Assembly: GCF_001194135.2 (NCBI RefSeq)
Contig: NC_068983.1
Location: 101,283,265 to 101,347,264, forward strand
Length of the DNA: 64,000 nucleotides
Source of the DNA: Octopus bimaculoides
Lineage: Eukaryota
Direction: 5' to 3'
This document shows, in pieces, positions 11,139-25,120 of this stretch. Each line of letters begins with the position of its first letter. The first letter of the stretch is position 1. Both the position numbers and the translations under genes were made by a program. A model generated the notes under the pieces. It ran no database searches and was not told where the DNA came from. It saw only the letters and a program-made list of their open reading frames with translations.

Positions 11139-13344
11139 GGGGATAAAATCCAAAATTACAGGTAAAAACTCAATTAAAATCAATTTATTAAAATTAAATT
11201 AAGTTTCACAGTATAAAATATATATAAATATATATATATATATATATGCTTCAGCATGGCCGCAGTCAATTGACTGAAACAACTAAAAAAAAAAAAGAGT
11301 AATATATATATATATATGAATGAAAGAAAGAAGCGGTTATGTCCGTTGCCTTCGGAAGCAGACATATGGTCAAAGACGTTTCAGTCGTGACCATCTCAAC
11401 TCTTTTAGTTCAGTGTGCGTGTATCTATATCTAACTGTAATTGGAGAGAGTTTTAACTGTTATTTCTAATAGGTCACGTAGCCAAGTAGTTACTCTTTTG
11501 CTGGCTGTTCATTTTAATGGTGATTCTTTAATCTGGATCCATATATTTACAGAACAACTTTCAGATATGCAATGTCAGTATACACCACTTAAAACTGTTA
11601 GCTAGACAACTACTGAGATGTGTGCCAACATATTCCTTCGTGGCACTCAAAATCGATAAATGTAGGAAAACAGTTAAGATTGTTTCTTGTTATTTTGGTT
11701 TGTTATTCTTTCAATTAGCCCGAAGTGCTGTGTACTCTTGTAAAAAAAATTCAATATTCTAATATTTATTATTCACTTATTATAAATAGAGAGAAATTAG
11801 ATTTTCTCGAGGTTTTACCGTCAATCCTGAGTGAAGAGTTAGCCTAAGAAGAACCCTTTTTCGATTTGTCCTATTTATCTTCTACTCCATTTTCTAGTAG
11901 TTTTATTGATATTTTGTTGCAGTGTGTTTATTGTTATTGTCAGGCTATAGTGTTCCTACCAAGCCCTTTCGAGAAAGGCATCAACCAACTTAGCTTAAGA
12001 TCCATATAGCTTTCGGGGGACAAAAAAGCTTAGGTCGATATTGCTTCAAAGGACAGAAAATACTGCAGGTCACAATAAATGTAATTCCAATGGATGTTAC
12101 TAAATTACTATTTTATTCATTAAATCCTAACCGAAAAAAAAATAATTTGAATTTCTAGTTTTGCTACTGAACTCGTGAATATGTTGTCTTAACATTATTA
12201 TTTGAATTGTCTTTGTTCTCAAATACATGTTCTCAAATTCGTTACAGTTTGCTGTTGCTGTTTACGCACTGTGAAGGCTTTATTTAAATGTTATAAATCT
12301 ATACCCCTTCCTTTATACAGTGAATCTTTTTGTCTAGTTATATATTTATACCAACGACTGAGATGGTGAAGTTGATAGGCATTCAAATTCTGAGTTCAAA
12401 TCTCACTTAAGTCTATTTTAGGCTTCATTCCCCCCCCCCCTAAAGCCGATGAAATAAGGTCGAATTTAAACATTAGGGTTTATTACAAAAAATATTTCTG
12501 CCTAATTTATTTATACATATTGTTTGAACCAGTTGGTTTTAATATTTTCCTGATTTCTTTCATATCTAATTTAGGGATTTTTCCTTTTTTTTTTCCTTTG
12601 GTTCGAATCATGCAATAACTTTTTATTGGAGCATTGTGAAAAAAAAAAATTTTTAAAGCGTTGATTTTTTTTTTCTTTTTAGTTTTACAGGTAGAGTTTC
12701 GGAATAAGTACCACCTGCCTCCGTAACGAAAAATATTTGAATCCCCCCTACACTCCGTAATAGTAATCTCCTACGTTTAAAACATTCAGAATAAAAATGT
12801 AAAAAGAAAGTCAAACATGGAAAGTTACTGTTTTATATAGTGAAACAGAGAGATGGGAGTTGACAAACATTTCTTGTGTTTAAACAGAAGTCTCAAGAAA
12901 TTTTCTAACGAAGGTGTGCCTTACACTTATTTTTATTTTTCGAATGTACTAAAATTCCTTAGGAGGATATAAAATCCTTAAGCATTTTTGCCAGAATACG
13001 CGCATTAACTTCACCATACAGTTCGATCTAGCAAATTACTAAATACATGTATTGATTTTCTGTTTTGAATTTTTTTCTAGCTCTCTCTCTGTTAAATTCT
13101 TTTCTATTGTGTAATTTTTATCTCAAACAGCTAAGTGTGTTATAGATTTTTTTTCTGGGGTGGATCATATAAAACGACGGGTTAGCAGAAAATGCGTTAG
13201 GCCCTTCATATAAATAGAAGCATTCATAACCAGTTAGATCGTCTGAATGTGGTTACCCTGCATGCTAGAAATAGCAGCCAAATTCTCGTTTCCTTCAAAT
13301 CACACCCTACAACCTTAAAAACGACACATTGAATAATATTGATC

Positions 13345-13605
13345 TTTGATGTGTGTCGCGGGGCTGCACAAAACAGTCACATGGTTATCTCCCTTACACT
13401 TATTTAAAAGTATTAGAGAAACACGTTTACAAGACTACAGCATGAACGTATCATGTTTAGAAGTTCATGGGCAGCCCACGGGGCGTGTGACTTTCTGAAT
13501 GACATATCCAATGGAAAATCACCATGAATTTTTCAGTAGTGCGGCCCACCAGATGATGAGCCATGTTCCGTGCGGGCCACTTCTTGAGAAAGGTTGTCCA
13601 TGCCT
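13345..13605. mobile_element. hAT-like MITE, partial
   Basis: Right end GTTGTCCATGCCTG with GCGGCCC/GCGGGCC subterminal motifs; left TIR not found. Confidence 0.5.
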
Positions 13606-14299
13606 GATTTATATATTTTTCTATAAAAGTCTATTTTTCAGTAGAAGTGAATTCCAGCTTTGTCTCATTGTTTAATATTCTCAGTCTTTTTATTTGTAGA
13701 AAAAAAAATGTCAGTTTGTTTATTCATCCTCTACTGACCTATACAGTTGTTCTTAATCATTTTTCTCTTCGTACCAGTAAATAAACATGCTTCTGACGCG
13801 CATAGTTCTTTGTAATAAGGTTTTTAATTGTTCCATCAAAAAGGAAAATTATCGATTTCTTTCATTGTGGCAGTCTGCAATAGAGCTTCAGAGTTAACTA
13901 ACATCTCAGAGACGCCAACATTAAAATTAAAACTGTGTGATTGATGGTGATAAGCTCTTTGTTTTTCTTCTTGCAAAGCTGATCGATTCCGTTCAACATT
14001 ATCACCAAAACAAGTAGTAAACGTTCCTGTATCTTATAATTAAGCCCTTAAGCAAGACTGATCTTATTAGACATTAAATAGGATTCTACTAGTTAAATTC
14101 ATCAATAGATTTCTAAGGAGGTTTATATCTGAATTTCTTCACTCTTCCTTGTAATAATCTGCTAACGATCAATTTATAAGGCACAATAAAATTATAAACT
14201 TATTATTTTGTAAATGTTCTAAGTTTAAATGACATGCAAATTAGAGTGTGCTGGAAAGTAACTTATTTTCATTGCATATATATTTTTCTTCTGCGGGAT

Positions 14300-14450
14300 G
14301 GTTGATGTTAGGAAGGGCATCCAGCCTTAAAAAAAACATGCCAAAACAGACACAGAAGTCTGGTGCAGTCTTCTGTCTTGGCCAGCTCCTGTCAATCCGT
14401 CCAAACTATGCCAGTATGGAAAGCGGACGTTAAACGATGATGATGGTGGT
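14300..14450 (+). mobile_element. RTE/SINE 3' tail
   Basis: GGAAGGGCATCCAGCC...GGAAAGCGGACGTTAAACGATGATGATG. Confidence 0.8.
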
Positions 14451-15747
14451 GATCTTGCGGGGAGGTTTCGAATTGACCGCTAGAGTAGAATCCTTGAGAG
14501 AAAGGTAAAGGCGGTGGTAACTTAATACTGAGGTGGGCTAATTAATGGCGTATATGTTTTTTGCATTTAAATTTCTAAGATGTTGGGAAAATATATTAGA
14601 GCGTCTGCCATTGACTAAAATCCTGTCTAGGAAAATAGTCGTCTTTTTTCCCATGAGCTCAGAACTTGGCAGAGCAAGTCGTCGTAATGCCCCATAAAAT
14701 TTAGAAGAAATTAAGTACAAAGGCTGTAAACAAAATTTCTGTTACATGTGGTGACTTTACGTATCTCTATAATCGTATTGTTACAGACTATGTGGAAAAC
14801 TTGTATTTCTACAAACTTTTTACCATTTATTGCTATTATTCTCTTAAGGAATATAAAGACATCTGACTTTGACAACACAATGTGATGCTTTCCACATTCG
14901 AAGTCAGAAAAGCATAAATTACATAGCTCTCCTAACACATAATTTAGCAGAATTTACCATAATTTTGATGATTTTCTTTTATTATTGTGACTTCTCTGCA
15001 TGTAGAAGTGTTGAATTGTAATTCTGTTTTCTGTTTCCTAAAGACCATTAATATTTAATGATTTTAAATGTTATTAAACAGTTACAACTCATAGGGTGAC
15101 CATGTTGGTAGGAGGATATTTCGAAAGTGACTATGGCTTTAAAACAATTTTTTTTGATCTAAAGAAGGAATTTCTAATCTAGATTTTCTACATTGTCCAA
15201 TTGCCTGGCATATTAAAACATAGTTACTCTGGAAAAATACTCTTTCCACCATAGGTATATCAGGAAATACGACTTCCTTACAATAATTACAATTTAAATT
15301 TTTTTATCAAAGGTCTTGGTATTTATACAAAATAGCGAAAGTATTTGTTACTTTAAATATCTCATTTGTATAAGTCCTCTCATACCTAGTATGCACACAT
15401 TGCCGATGACAAGACAGTCAACAGGAAACATGTTATTATTACAATAGGTTCAGCTAAGATTCCCTATACAAAGTCTTCTTTGACTATTTAAGATGTATGA
15501 TCCTATGGAACATGAGGAAGAAATGTGATCAAAATACAGCAATACTATTGAAAGAAGGGGGCAAAGTCAACATTTGCACCTATATTAAACCCTATATGTC
15601 GTTTACACTCTCTCCCTGACTCTATGATGTAAAACGTGACTGAAGAAATCAATTAACCAACATTTATATCGGCTATTTAATTATATTGCGATATTTTATG
15701 AGAAAGCGACAATACAGTGTGATCGCTAATATTTTTTAATCATTTAA

Positions 15748-15960
15748 AGCGGCGAGCTGGTAGAATCGTTAGCTTGCCGGGTAAAATGCTTACGGCATTT
15801 CACCCATCTTTACGATCTAAGTTCAAATTCTTTCGTGGTCTACTTCGTCTTTCATCCTTTTAGAGTCGATAAAATAAGTACCAGTTGTGCATTAGGATCG
15901 ATGTAATTGAATTACTCCCTCCCCCTGACTTGATGGCCTTGTGCCAAAATTTGAAATCAG
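15748..15960 (+). mobile_element. SINE family B
   Basis: GCGGCGAGCTGGTAGAATCGTTAGC head, AGTTCAAATTC B-box-like, CTTTCATCC..AAGTACCAG core. Confidence 0.85.
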
Positions 15961-16444
15961 TATTTTATAATCATCGGTTTAGTTGGAGTCTAAAAGGAAT
16001 TTGAGAAAGTATCCACACATTTCTTATGAAATAAAATTTAGATTTAAATTATGTGAATTAAACACAAAAAAAGATTAAATGTTTTATAGGTTGATTTGTC
16101 AATATCTGCACATGTATGACTCGTTAGGTCGGATATTGATATCTTACATAGATACAAGGCCACATTTTTTTCTTTTTTCTTTATAAGAAGTATAGTCGAT
16201 AATATCAATTCTACTACGTGACTGAATTCTATACATCGATCCTTACCGAACGAAAAGACAAAGCCACTCTCAACAAGATTCGAGCTCAGGATGGGATGGG
16301 GACGCAAGAAAACACCGCAAAACATTTTGTCTGCTACTCTACCGATTCTGCCAATCGAATACCCCTTTGCGTTGATACTGATAACTACATTTGCATCTCA
16401 AATACTTCTTTCGTACATGGGTGATGCAAAATATTTATTTCTTT

Positions 16445-16640
16445 ATTGCCCACAGGGGGCTAAACATAGAGGGGACAAAGGGATTAAGTCGATTACATCG
16501 ACTCTAGTGCGTAACTGGTACTTATTTAATCGATCCCGAAAGGATGAAAGGCAAAGTCGACCTCAGTGGAATTTGAACTCAGACGAAATACCGCTAAGCA
16601 TTTCGCCCGGAGTGCTAACGATTTTGCCAGCTCGCCATTG
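16445..16640 (-). mobile_element. SINE family B, well preserved
   Basis: Reverse complement of the same head/core; inverted relative to 15748-15960. Confidence 0.88.
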
Positions 16641-17149
16641 ATGCAAAATATTAGGTGATGTTTAATCACATGTCCCCAATAATGTGTGACAATTAACCAT
16701 TTGATCAATGAGTCATTGCATGTCTAGATAAAATATTACAATGGCAGATATATCAAGAAAAGAAATACTGAGAATATTTTCAAATATATCGTAGAGCAAA
16801 GATATAGTTTGAAGTAGGAATTCATACATTTCATTCAACATATTCTTTGGTAACAGATAATTCAATATTAGGAAGAAGAAAATTGAGATTACAGAAATTC
16901 ATTTTGAATGGTTGCCATACAGGAAATAAAAAATGGGTCAAAAAGGAGTTGAATATTGATTATTTTCTGAAACACTGCAAGTAGAAAATAGAAGATTCAT
17001 ATGTCAAAAGGGAAAAAAAGTGTTTTCATTAATTTTTCTTCTTTTTTTGTGTAAATATGTTTTGCTTTTACGTAAAAAATTTTCTTACCAGTAAGAGCCT
17101 GTTTCCAACCCAGAAACAAGCACTTATCACTGAAATTTTATCATCAATT

Positions 17150-20100
17150 ATATATGCATGTAAGTATTCTTGCAGGAATACGGGTATGCAGTGCCATCTT
17201 AAAGCATGTTTACACTGGTCTAAGGACCAATGCTAATCGATGCTGTTGCTTTTATCAGTATATAAATTGTATAGGCCCCAGTGCATTGCTTTTCCATGGG
17301 CTCTATAATACTGCTATGACTGCTCTACATGTATATGTACATGCACATGCATGCACTTGTAATCTATGAACTGTATGCATACTATTGACGTCTTGCATAT
17401 TTTAACAACTCTTTCAATTGTAATTTCTTAATTAACTGTATCCTTTTTGGCTTTGTATGGGCCAGCTTTTCAAAATTGGTTCTACTAACCAAGTACACTA
17501 ATAATCATTGGTATAAATGTAAAGCTATAGTCTGGTGTAGTATCTGCAGACTTCTTATTAGTTCAGTATAGATGGTCCATTTTCTTTTATTCCTAACATT
17601 GTTAATATCTATTGGTCAGATGATATCTGCCTTTGTGTACCCTTTGTTTTCTCTGTCCCAGATTCATATCTCAAGTCTGTTATACCTCCATTTTACATGG
17701 GTTTTGACAGGAACACTTCACCAGTATTCTTTCTTATTATGTGTGTGTCCATCACATCATTATAACTTATATTTTTATATTCAAGACCATCCTTTCCACA
17801 GATTGCCTTGTTTAGTGTGATGGACAGTACATCATGTCTCATAGGTTTTGTGATGATAACATTTTTGAGCAACTACTTATGATATAGGTTACATCTTTGG
17901 TGTTAATTCTACAATCTGCATCTGTTGTCACATGCTTTGCGTATCCATATCCCTTTTATGCATCAAGTATTTTGTTGCTATTTCTAGTTTCTGGATTGTG
18001 AAAGCACTCTCTTCAAAGTGAGGATTAATATACCAGTTGTTGACTTTTAATAAACTGTCCTTGTTAGTTGTTATTATCTCTCTAAAATAATCTGACATAA
18101 AACTGCAAATGACCTGTTTGCTACAGTAAAGCTGAGTAACATCCATGGTTGTGTATCTCTTGCCACCAGTTAAGAATACTTTGTGAGGCTCTGTTTTAAT
18201 TTTCATACATGTAAACTTAATCCATTAATGTACTTCAGTGTTTTATGATAAGTAGATGCTATCAAAGGTAAAATGCTGTGATATTCAAAAGATGTTTTGA
18301 TCTGGTTAGCAAAAGCTGTCAAAGAGTATATGTTGTGGTATTCAAAGGTTGTTTGACTCTATGTTAAACATCTACTTCCATGTTTTTGTTTTGAGTAGAG
18401 GTGGTCAATAGATATTTATTGATATGAAAATTTCGTTTTGGGGTAGAGGCTGTCAATAGTTGTTGATGTAAAAGTTTCTGGTTGTTTTTGAGTTTTGATA
18501 TAACCACCTGAATCTCTTCTGGTGTCCGGTTGAGTAACCCAAATGTTGAGATGAGTATTAGTGCAGTAAGCACATTGTGGGCCAATAATTTATTGTTTAC
18601 AGAAAGCTCTGGAGATGCCTTCCCCACTTGTTGCACATTCCTTGTTAGAAGTTTCTGTTTACAATTATGAAGAAACACTCATCCTGGCCAAACTCTGTCC
18701 CTATATTGTTTACAAAGCCATACCTAGGTCAAAACTCCTGTTCATACCATTCATATTTTTGGCATATACTTTCAGGTCATTCACAAACAATCTTGTGACA
18801 GTTTTGTGTTTCTGTCCTCTGGTGAGCCAATCATGTCCTTCACATTACCTCAACAAAAAGAATAAGGGATTCACTGCAATTATAAGCACTATCAGAGACA
18901 TGCTGTTTCTTTAAAATACATCCCTCTTATACTTTATCCTATCAGAGACAATATGTTTGATTTCAACCAAGTTGTCTATGGTCTTGATTATGATCTCTGG
19001 AACTTAAGCAAGTCAAAGTGTCTGTAGCATCCATAATTAAAATAGAATTGAATGCTTTCTTGTAATTAAGTCAGGCTATAACAAAATTCCTCCTATTATG
19101 TTGCACCTCTCATATACTTTTATTGATCAGAAGCTGCTCAACACATTCAGAGCCACCTTTCTTCGCTGTTGTTTATTCAGCCGTAATGATATTGTTATTG
19201 TCACAGTAATCCTGAAGGAATAGCAGATAGGCTCTATGTGTGTGTATAAAAATACAAAATGGGACAAGAACGTAAAACATCCAGACAGTTAGGTGATACC
19301 AGAAAGGGACAATAAAACATCCAGATAGACGATACAAAGAAAACAAGGATGGGTCATTCAGAGTTTTCTTTCCTCAGTCGAGTTCCAGATTATTCTTGCT
19401 ATTTCGGCTGGTTATACTCGAGATTGCTCCAATCTGGCCAGCCCCAAGGAAAAACTAAGCTAAGTGCATTAGATTCCTTGGAAGAAAGCAGCAAATGTAT
19501 ATGAAAACAAGGACGGAAAAAAAAACGAAGAATGTTAGACAAATACAAATAACAGGACATAACAACAGGTGTCTTTCAACTAAGGACGAATTAAATTAAG
19601 CTGGCGTGTGTGGAAATAAAGCCTTACGGCAGGGATACAAGATTTCACAGGCACAGGGAGTAATATAGATGTTGCACGGACGACAGTCGAACCAAGAAAG
19701 AAAGATCAAGCTTGGCCGAACACCGGTCACGTGGAGAGAGGAGGTAGAGGGACAGAAGAATTAAGGAGGGGCGAGAAAAATGTGTGTGTTATATTAAGTT
19801 CCCTATGTGAATAGTATTTTTTGTAGCAGATTTGCTTATGCAAATCTTTGCCAGCTTGATATATTTACATCACCACTGAGAGCTTGAATGATAATGGTCA
19901 ATGAAATACCCACCCACTAGAAGGTTAGAGTTTTCTTTTTTATACCAATGTCCAACAATCAAGTCTGTTTCTGCTGCTTACTTTTGCTGAAGATTTTGTA
20001 TCACAGTCTCAAGGATATCACCATTGATACTTCTCCATATTCCTTCAAGCCACACTGCATTTTGGTTACACTTAGAATGAATCCAGATTTTCACTAGAAG

Positions 20101-21300
20101 ATGCATTTGGGGTTTTTATTAATTCTTCCTTAATTTCTTCCTTGACAGCGAATTATCAGGTCATTAAGAATGAAATGTCCAATTTTGATCTGAAAGTTTA
20201 TTTTACTCTATCTCAACAAAAAGCAATGCAGTTAATCAAAGTATGCACCATTCTTAATGACCTGATTGTTTCAACTGAATTTCTTGTTACTTATTTTTCT
20301 TTTACCTACTCTCCTCTAATGCCAGATTTTCTTGCTTATATCTTCTAACATCAATTAAATGATAAATTTATATTCAAGTGTTCTTTTGTTCCTGTCTTCA
20401 TACATATATTTTTTTCATTTTTATTTTTTGTTGTTGTCAAGAATTGTAACTAATTGTTTACATTTGATAAGTATCACCACTAAACTGATAGTCTTCTAAA
20501 AGATCAACAACCTTTTTTCCCATTTTTCATGATGTCATTTTTCAAATTGCTTTGCTTTGTTTACTTCTATAGTTTATTCAAAATACTGTATAACAGTTAT
20601 AAAACAGGAATATAAGTAAGTGCTTATTTTACAGTGAGATGATTCATCACTTTGTTAAAAAAATTCAATCCTAATATTATTGATCTCTGTTAACATCAAC
20701 TCAGTAAGTCAAATATGTACTGTCGTGTAGCAGGGATTTAGAATAAAATAACCTTGTCTTGAAACATTTCATTGGAAACTCTTTTAGTTCATGATACATG
20801 TATTATTGTAGCTGCTACTATCGACATTAGCAGCTAGATATGAGTAGATGGTCAGTCTTACTGCTGTTATTGGCATCAGCATATGTGTTCTTGAACCATG
20901 TTTTATTTACTGTCATTTGTGCTTTATTCTCATTTTTGTGAATAGAATCACAATCAACTTGCCTCTTACATTAAGCATGTCGTTTGTTGGCATAAGGTTT
21001 TTCTTTTTGTGTGTGTCATAAAAATTAGCTCTGAGTATATTTTCATTCTTTTCATGTAGCCTACAGTAGGATTTTTTTCCCCATTTTTCATCATTTTATA
21101 GCAATTACATAAATTATTATTGAGTTCATAACTCAAAGAAAATTGCACTTATAGTTCTGATTTCTTCCTATAACTACAACAAATTAAATTCTTATGATTT
21201 TGGTCTTTCCTCCAATGTTGATGTATCCTGCTGATGTTAGTGATTCTCTGCACAGTGAATTCAAGTTTGAGATTAATATTACTATGATCTTGAATTAAAG
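17150..21300 (-). mobile_element. Near full-length decayed R4/Dong-clade non-LTR retrotransposon (interrupted at 19215-19790)
   Basis: Colinear minus-strand remnants: N-terminal CYKMMKN.EKNPTVGYMKRM; RT GSECVEQLLINKSI...LNYKKAFNSI, LFVNDLKVYAKN; thumb STFGLLNRTPEEIQ...LSKPM*NGG; many stops and frameshifts. Confidence 0.8.
19215..19790 (-). mobile_element. Unclassified CpG-retaining repeat inserted into the R4 element
   Basis: Bounded by (TG)n on both sides; retains CpGs unlike its flanks; internal direct repeat AAAACATCCAGA. Confidence 0.5.
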
Positions 21301-21801
21301 GTTTCTTCAATCAATGTGATCAAAAGAACAGCCAGTTATTTATTAAAGTTAATAATTGTGGCTTTTATGTTGTAAATTCAATGAACAGTCTTTCATACCA
21401 ATTAATCTATGTGCATGCTTGTGTGTATGTATGTGTATGTGTGTGTTATCTCTTAGCTTTCTTTTTTAACAAAGCACCATCACTAAATTTGGATAACAAC
21501 AGTGATAAAGAATTACATGTTAAACTTTAGAAAAATTTTGCATATATTTATTGTTCCACATACAAATTGCATGTGATGACTTTGACTAAAAATCCCAACT
21601 TTTCTAGATTGCAACTTAAACATTTACTAACTTAGCCAAGAGCACCAATAATTATAGATATAAATATGAATGTATAACCTGAATAGAAATTTTTGTTCAT
21701 GAATATATACTTTTTCATTGACTTTTGAAAGAAGTATTCACATCTGCAGGACAGCTGACCTCTAAAACTATACATATTATTGATTTTTTTTGGTGGGGGG
21801 G

Positions 21802-21877
21802 NNNNNNNNNNNNNNNNNNNNNNNNNNNNNNNNNNNNNNNNNNNNNNNNNNNNNNNNNNNNNNNNNNNNNNNNNNNN
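21802..21877. other. Assembly gap flanked by poly-G
   Basis: Run of N with G runs on both sides. Confidence 1.
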
Positions 21878-22734
21878 GGGGGGGTTGTCCACAACAACTA
21901 CCTGTGATGCTTGCACTTAGAAATTTTGATGGGAATGTTGCACCAATATTCCTTACATATGAATGCATACATGATATGTTGGTTTTATGTTTGTTTTTTG
22001 TAGTCAGCATGGGTTAGACATGCTGGCAAGGTTTTATAGTAGAATGCCCTTCTTGTCACTAACCCTTATCTGCTTTTCAAGTAAAGGATCTCATGTTCTA
22101 CACATCTTCAGAAATGCAAAGCAAGCTGGGGATTAGTTGACAGAAGTGACAACGACACTGCTTGTAATGAGCAACTTTTCTAGAGTGCAAATGTAAACAC
22201 ACACACACACACACGCATGCATGCGTGCAAGGCAGCATGGAAGACAGATGTAAATTATTATTATGATACCTATTTAAGATGATATTGTATAATTTTAAGA
22301 TGAATTGTCTGTTTTTCTAGCATGTTGAGTGGCCACATTGAGGCTCACTTGTAGGCTCAAGTATTCAAGCTTTTGCTGTAAATCCAGTCGTTAGACACAA
22401 GTACTGAGTCTTCTTGGTGATGCCTCCTATCTCTCATTTGCATCATACTGATGAACCTTCTCAATGTCATAGTTATAGATTAGATGAAAGCAGTGGATGA
22501 TAAAATTGCTAGTCACTGGATAAAATGCCTTTCATCATTTGATTACATCCGTTTACACATTGACTTCAAATCCTGTAAAATATGGCATTGTCTTTCATCC
22601 TTCTAAAATAAGTGCCAGTCAAGTATGAGAGTATCCATAGCACTTTTCTTCAAAATGTATGATTATGTGTCTGTGTTAGAAAACAGTGTAATCAGTTTAT
22701 GTGTATTATTGTTTTATCTGGTTCTTTTCTTTTC

Positions 22735-22990
22735 ATCATTGTCATCATCATCATTACCATCCTTTAACATCCGTTTCCCATGCTGGCATAGGTAGGATGG
22801 TTTGACCAGAGCTGGCAGGCTGGAGAGCTGCATCAGGTTCCAGTCTGATTTGGCTTGGTTTCTATGGTTGGATGCCCTTTCTAATAATGTCAACCATGTG
22901 CTGGTTGCTTTTAACGTAGCACTGCACAAGTGCTTTTACATGGTACCAGCACATGTGCTGTTTATGTGGCACCAGCACAGGACTCTTGCA
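22735..22990 (-). mobile_element. RTE/SINE 3' tail
   Basis: Reverse complement of ..GGGCATCCAACC..CATGGGAAACGGATGTTAAAGG..GATGATG. Confidence 0.75.
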
Positions 22991-24749
22991 GATCAATCCT
23001 CTTCAGCAGGGGGAGTGGCCTTAACGCTTCTGTTATGGAGGACGGATCTTTTTGAGTACTATAAGGCTATTTTCTCCTTTAGTGTCAGGACTCTTGTTCC
23101 AAGATAAAACACATTTTTCTTGGCTATTCTTCATTTTAATAACTGCTAACTTGCAGCATTTTCACTTGCAATATAAAGGATTTATATCCTTTGTATATTT
23201 GACCATATGTTATTCTCAGTCATTATCATAAATCATAAAACTTCAGTTCTTTCATGTTTATAAATAATGTATAGTTCTCCCCCCCCCCCTCCATCGACTA
23301 CTGCTTTTTATCCAACTTCTCATCTTCTTTCATCCATTATATGGCCTCTCCTTGGTGGAAACTCTTTCAAGCAAAATGATTGTTAGCTTTTTGGTTTTGG
23401 TGTTAACAGCCTGTCAATTTTATGTCCATATGTTTCTAACAATGCTTTTTGTATGGCTTGGTTTTCAGCCTTTATTTCTTTTATCCATTATTTCACAGAA
23501 CAAATAGTGTTATTCTGCACCCCTGCTTTGTGTGTGTGGGGGAGGGTGTGTGTGCGTGCATGTGTGTTTGTGCATATGCATGTGTGTAAGAAATGGAATT
23601 GCAACTTGTTCCTTTATTCTGTGAAACTGCATCCTTGCTCTGTTCATCATTCTAGTGTGTGATTAATGCTCGGTTGAGGTTTTGATTTATATAGAATTTA
23701 TCCCAGTTAATTCATATTATTATTCTCCTACAACCCATGTATGTAACACTTCAAACAAAGGCTATCTTAACTATGGAACAAAATCTCAGGAAATAATCTA
23801 TTATAGACAACATTGTTCATTTACATTATTTGTATGACAACATTGTCATCATTATCATCATCATTTTCCTACATTTGCTTTCCATGCTCTTCATGGGTTG
23901 AACATGGTTCAACTCATTTCTTATTGAGAGCTACTGCTCATGGTGCTTATATATTTTCTTGACTTGTATAGCAATATGCCCTTCCTATTGCCAATAGGAG
24001 TGTTTACAGAGTGTTTTGGGTGTGCTTACTTGTGGTATCAACAATAGAGATGTTGAATATTCATATATGTTAGAATCTAAACGTCAGTGTATAAATTCAT
24101 AGGGATATTGGGTTCAAATCTAACCATCTGTTTTTTTCTTTGATATGATAAGGATGTAGCCCTATGTACTAAAATTTACTAGATCATTACCATTATAGAC
24201 TATAGTGGAATAATAATATAAATAATGTTTTGTGAGAGCATTTTTGCTCTTTAGATACATTTGAATAGAAACTGGAAGTAGTTTGAATAAAAGCTAATGC
24301 TAGCAGAATGATAAGTAGATGAAAATATTCAGATTGAAAGAAAGAAACAGGTTAGTAAAAGATTTGTATAGGTATTTCCAACAATAAAGCAAACCACTCC
24401 TTATAAAGATATATATATAGAGAGAGAGAAAGCAGACTGCCTGGCAGTCCCATTCAAGCAAATTTATGTCACACAGTTAGAGCAGTAGTGGCAGTTTGAA
24501 GCAGTTATTGGGTTACTGGAGTCAGAGACAGTAAAAGTTCTTTGGATTTTTTTTTTATGTAACCTTTTCTACTTATACTGTAATAAATTTTGAATCCATT
24601 ACAATATAATTTTTAATTCATTTAATGTCATCTTTCATATGTTTGCTTAAATTTTATATATAAACAATGCTTTAATCATGAAATAGAAAAGAAATAAATT
24701 CTAATTGAGTATATTTCTTATAAAATTATTATGAAATCATAGTTATGGC

Positions 24750-25120
24750 CAATGCCAGATCCGGCTGACTGGCACCTGTGCTGGTGGCATGTAAAAAGCA
24801 CCATTCGAGCATTGGGCCTCATGGAGGCAGTGACAGGTAACCATGACCCTTGGCGATATACTGTGCTTGTATTGACCTGTCAAGCCAAGTGAGACCATAG
24901 TTGTGACCAGTGCCGGTGTCAAGTCAGTGGCACATAAAAAGCTCCCACTACACTCTCAGAGTGGTTGGTGTTAGGAAGGGCATTCAGCCATAGAAACTTT
25001 GCCAAATCAGATTGGAACCTAGTGCAGCTCCCCCCCCCCCCCAGCTAATCAGTATTCAGTCAAACCGTCCAACCCATGCCTGCATGGAAAGTGGACGTTA
25101 AACAATGATGATGATGTTGA
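24750..25120 (+). mobile_element. RTE 3' region with hairpin units and GAT tail
   Basis: GGCATGTAAAAAGCACC units, then GGAAGGGCATTCAGCC...GGACGTTAAACAATGATGATGATG. Confidence 0.8.

Noticed and set aside
19140-19160. Histone stem-loop-like CAGAGCCACC
   Set aside because: The 5' half of the stem is missing, and the sequence is part of the R4 RT on the other strand.
20840-20940. APE-endonuclease-like remnant that would make the R4 element dual-nuclease
   Set aside because: The match is weak, and the adjacent sequence reads as the ordinary R4/Dong N-terminal domain.
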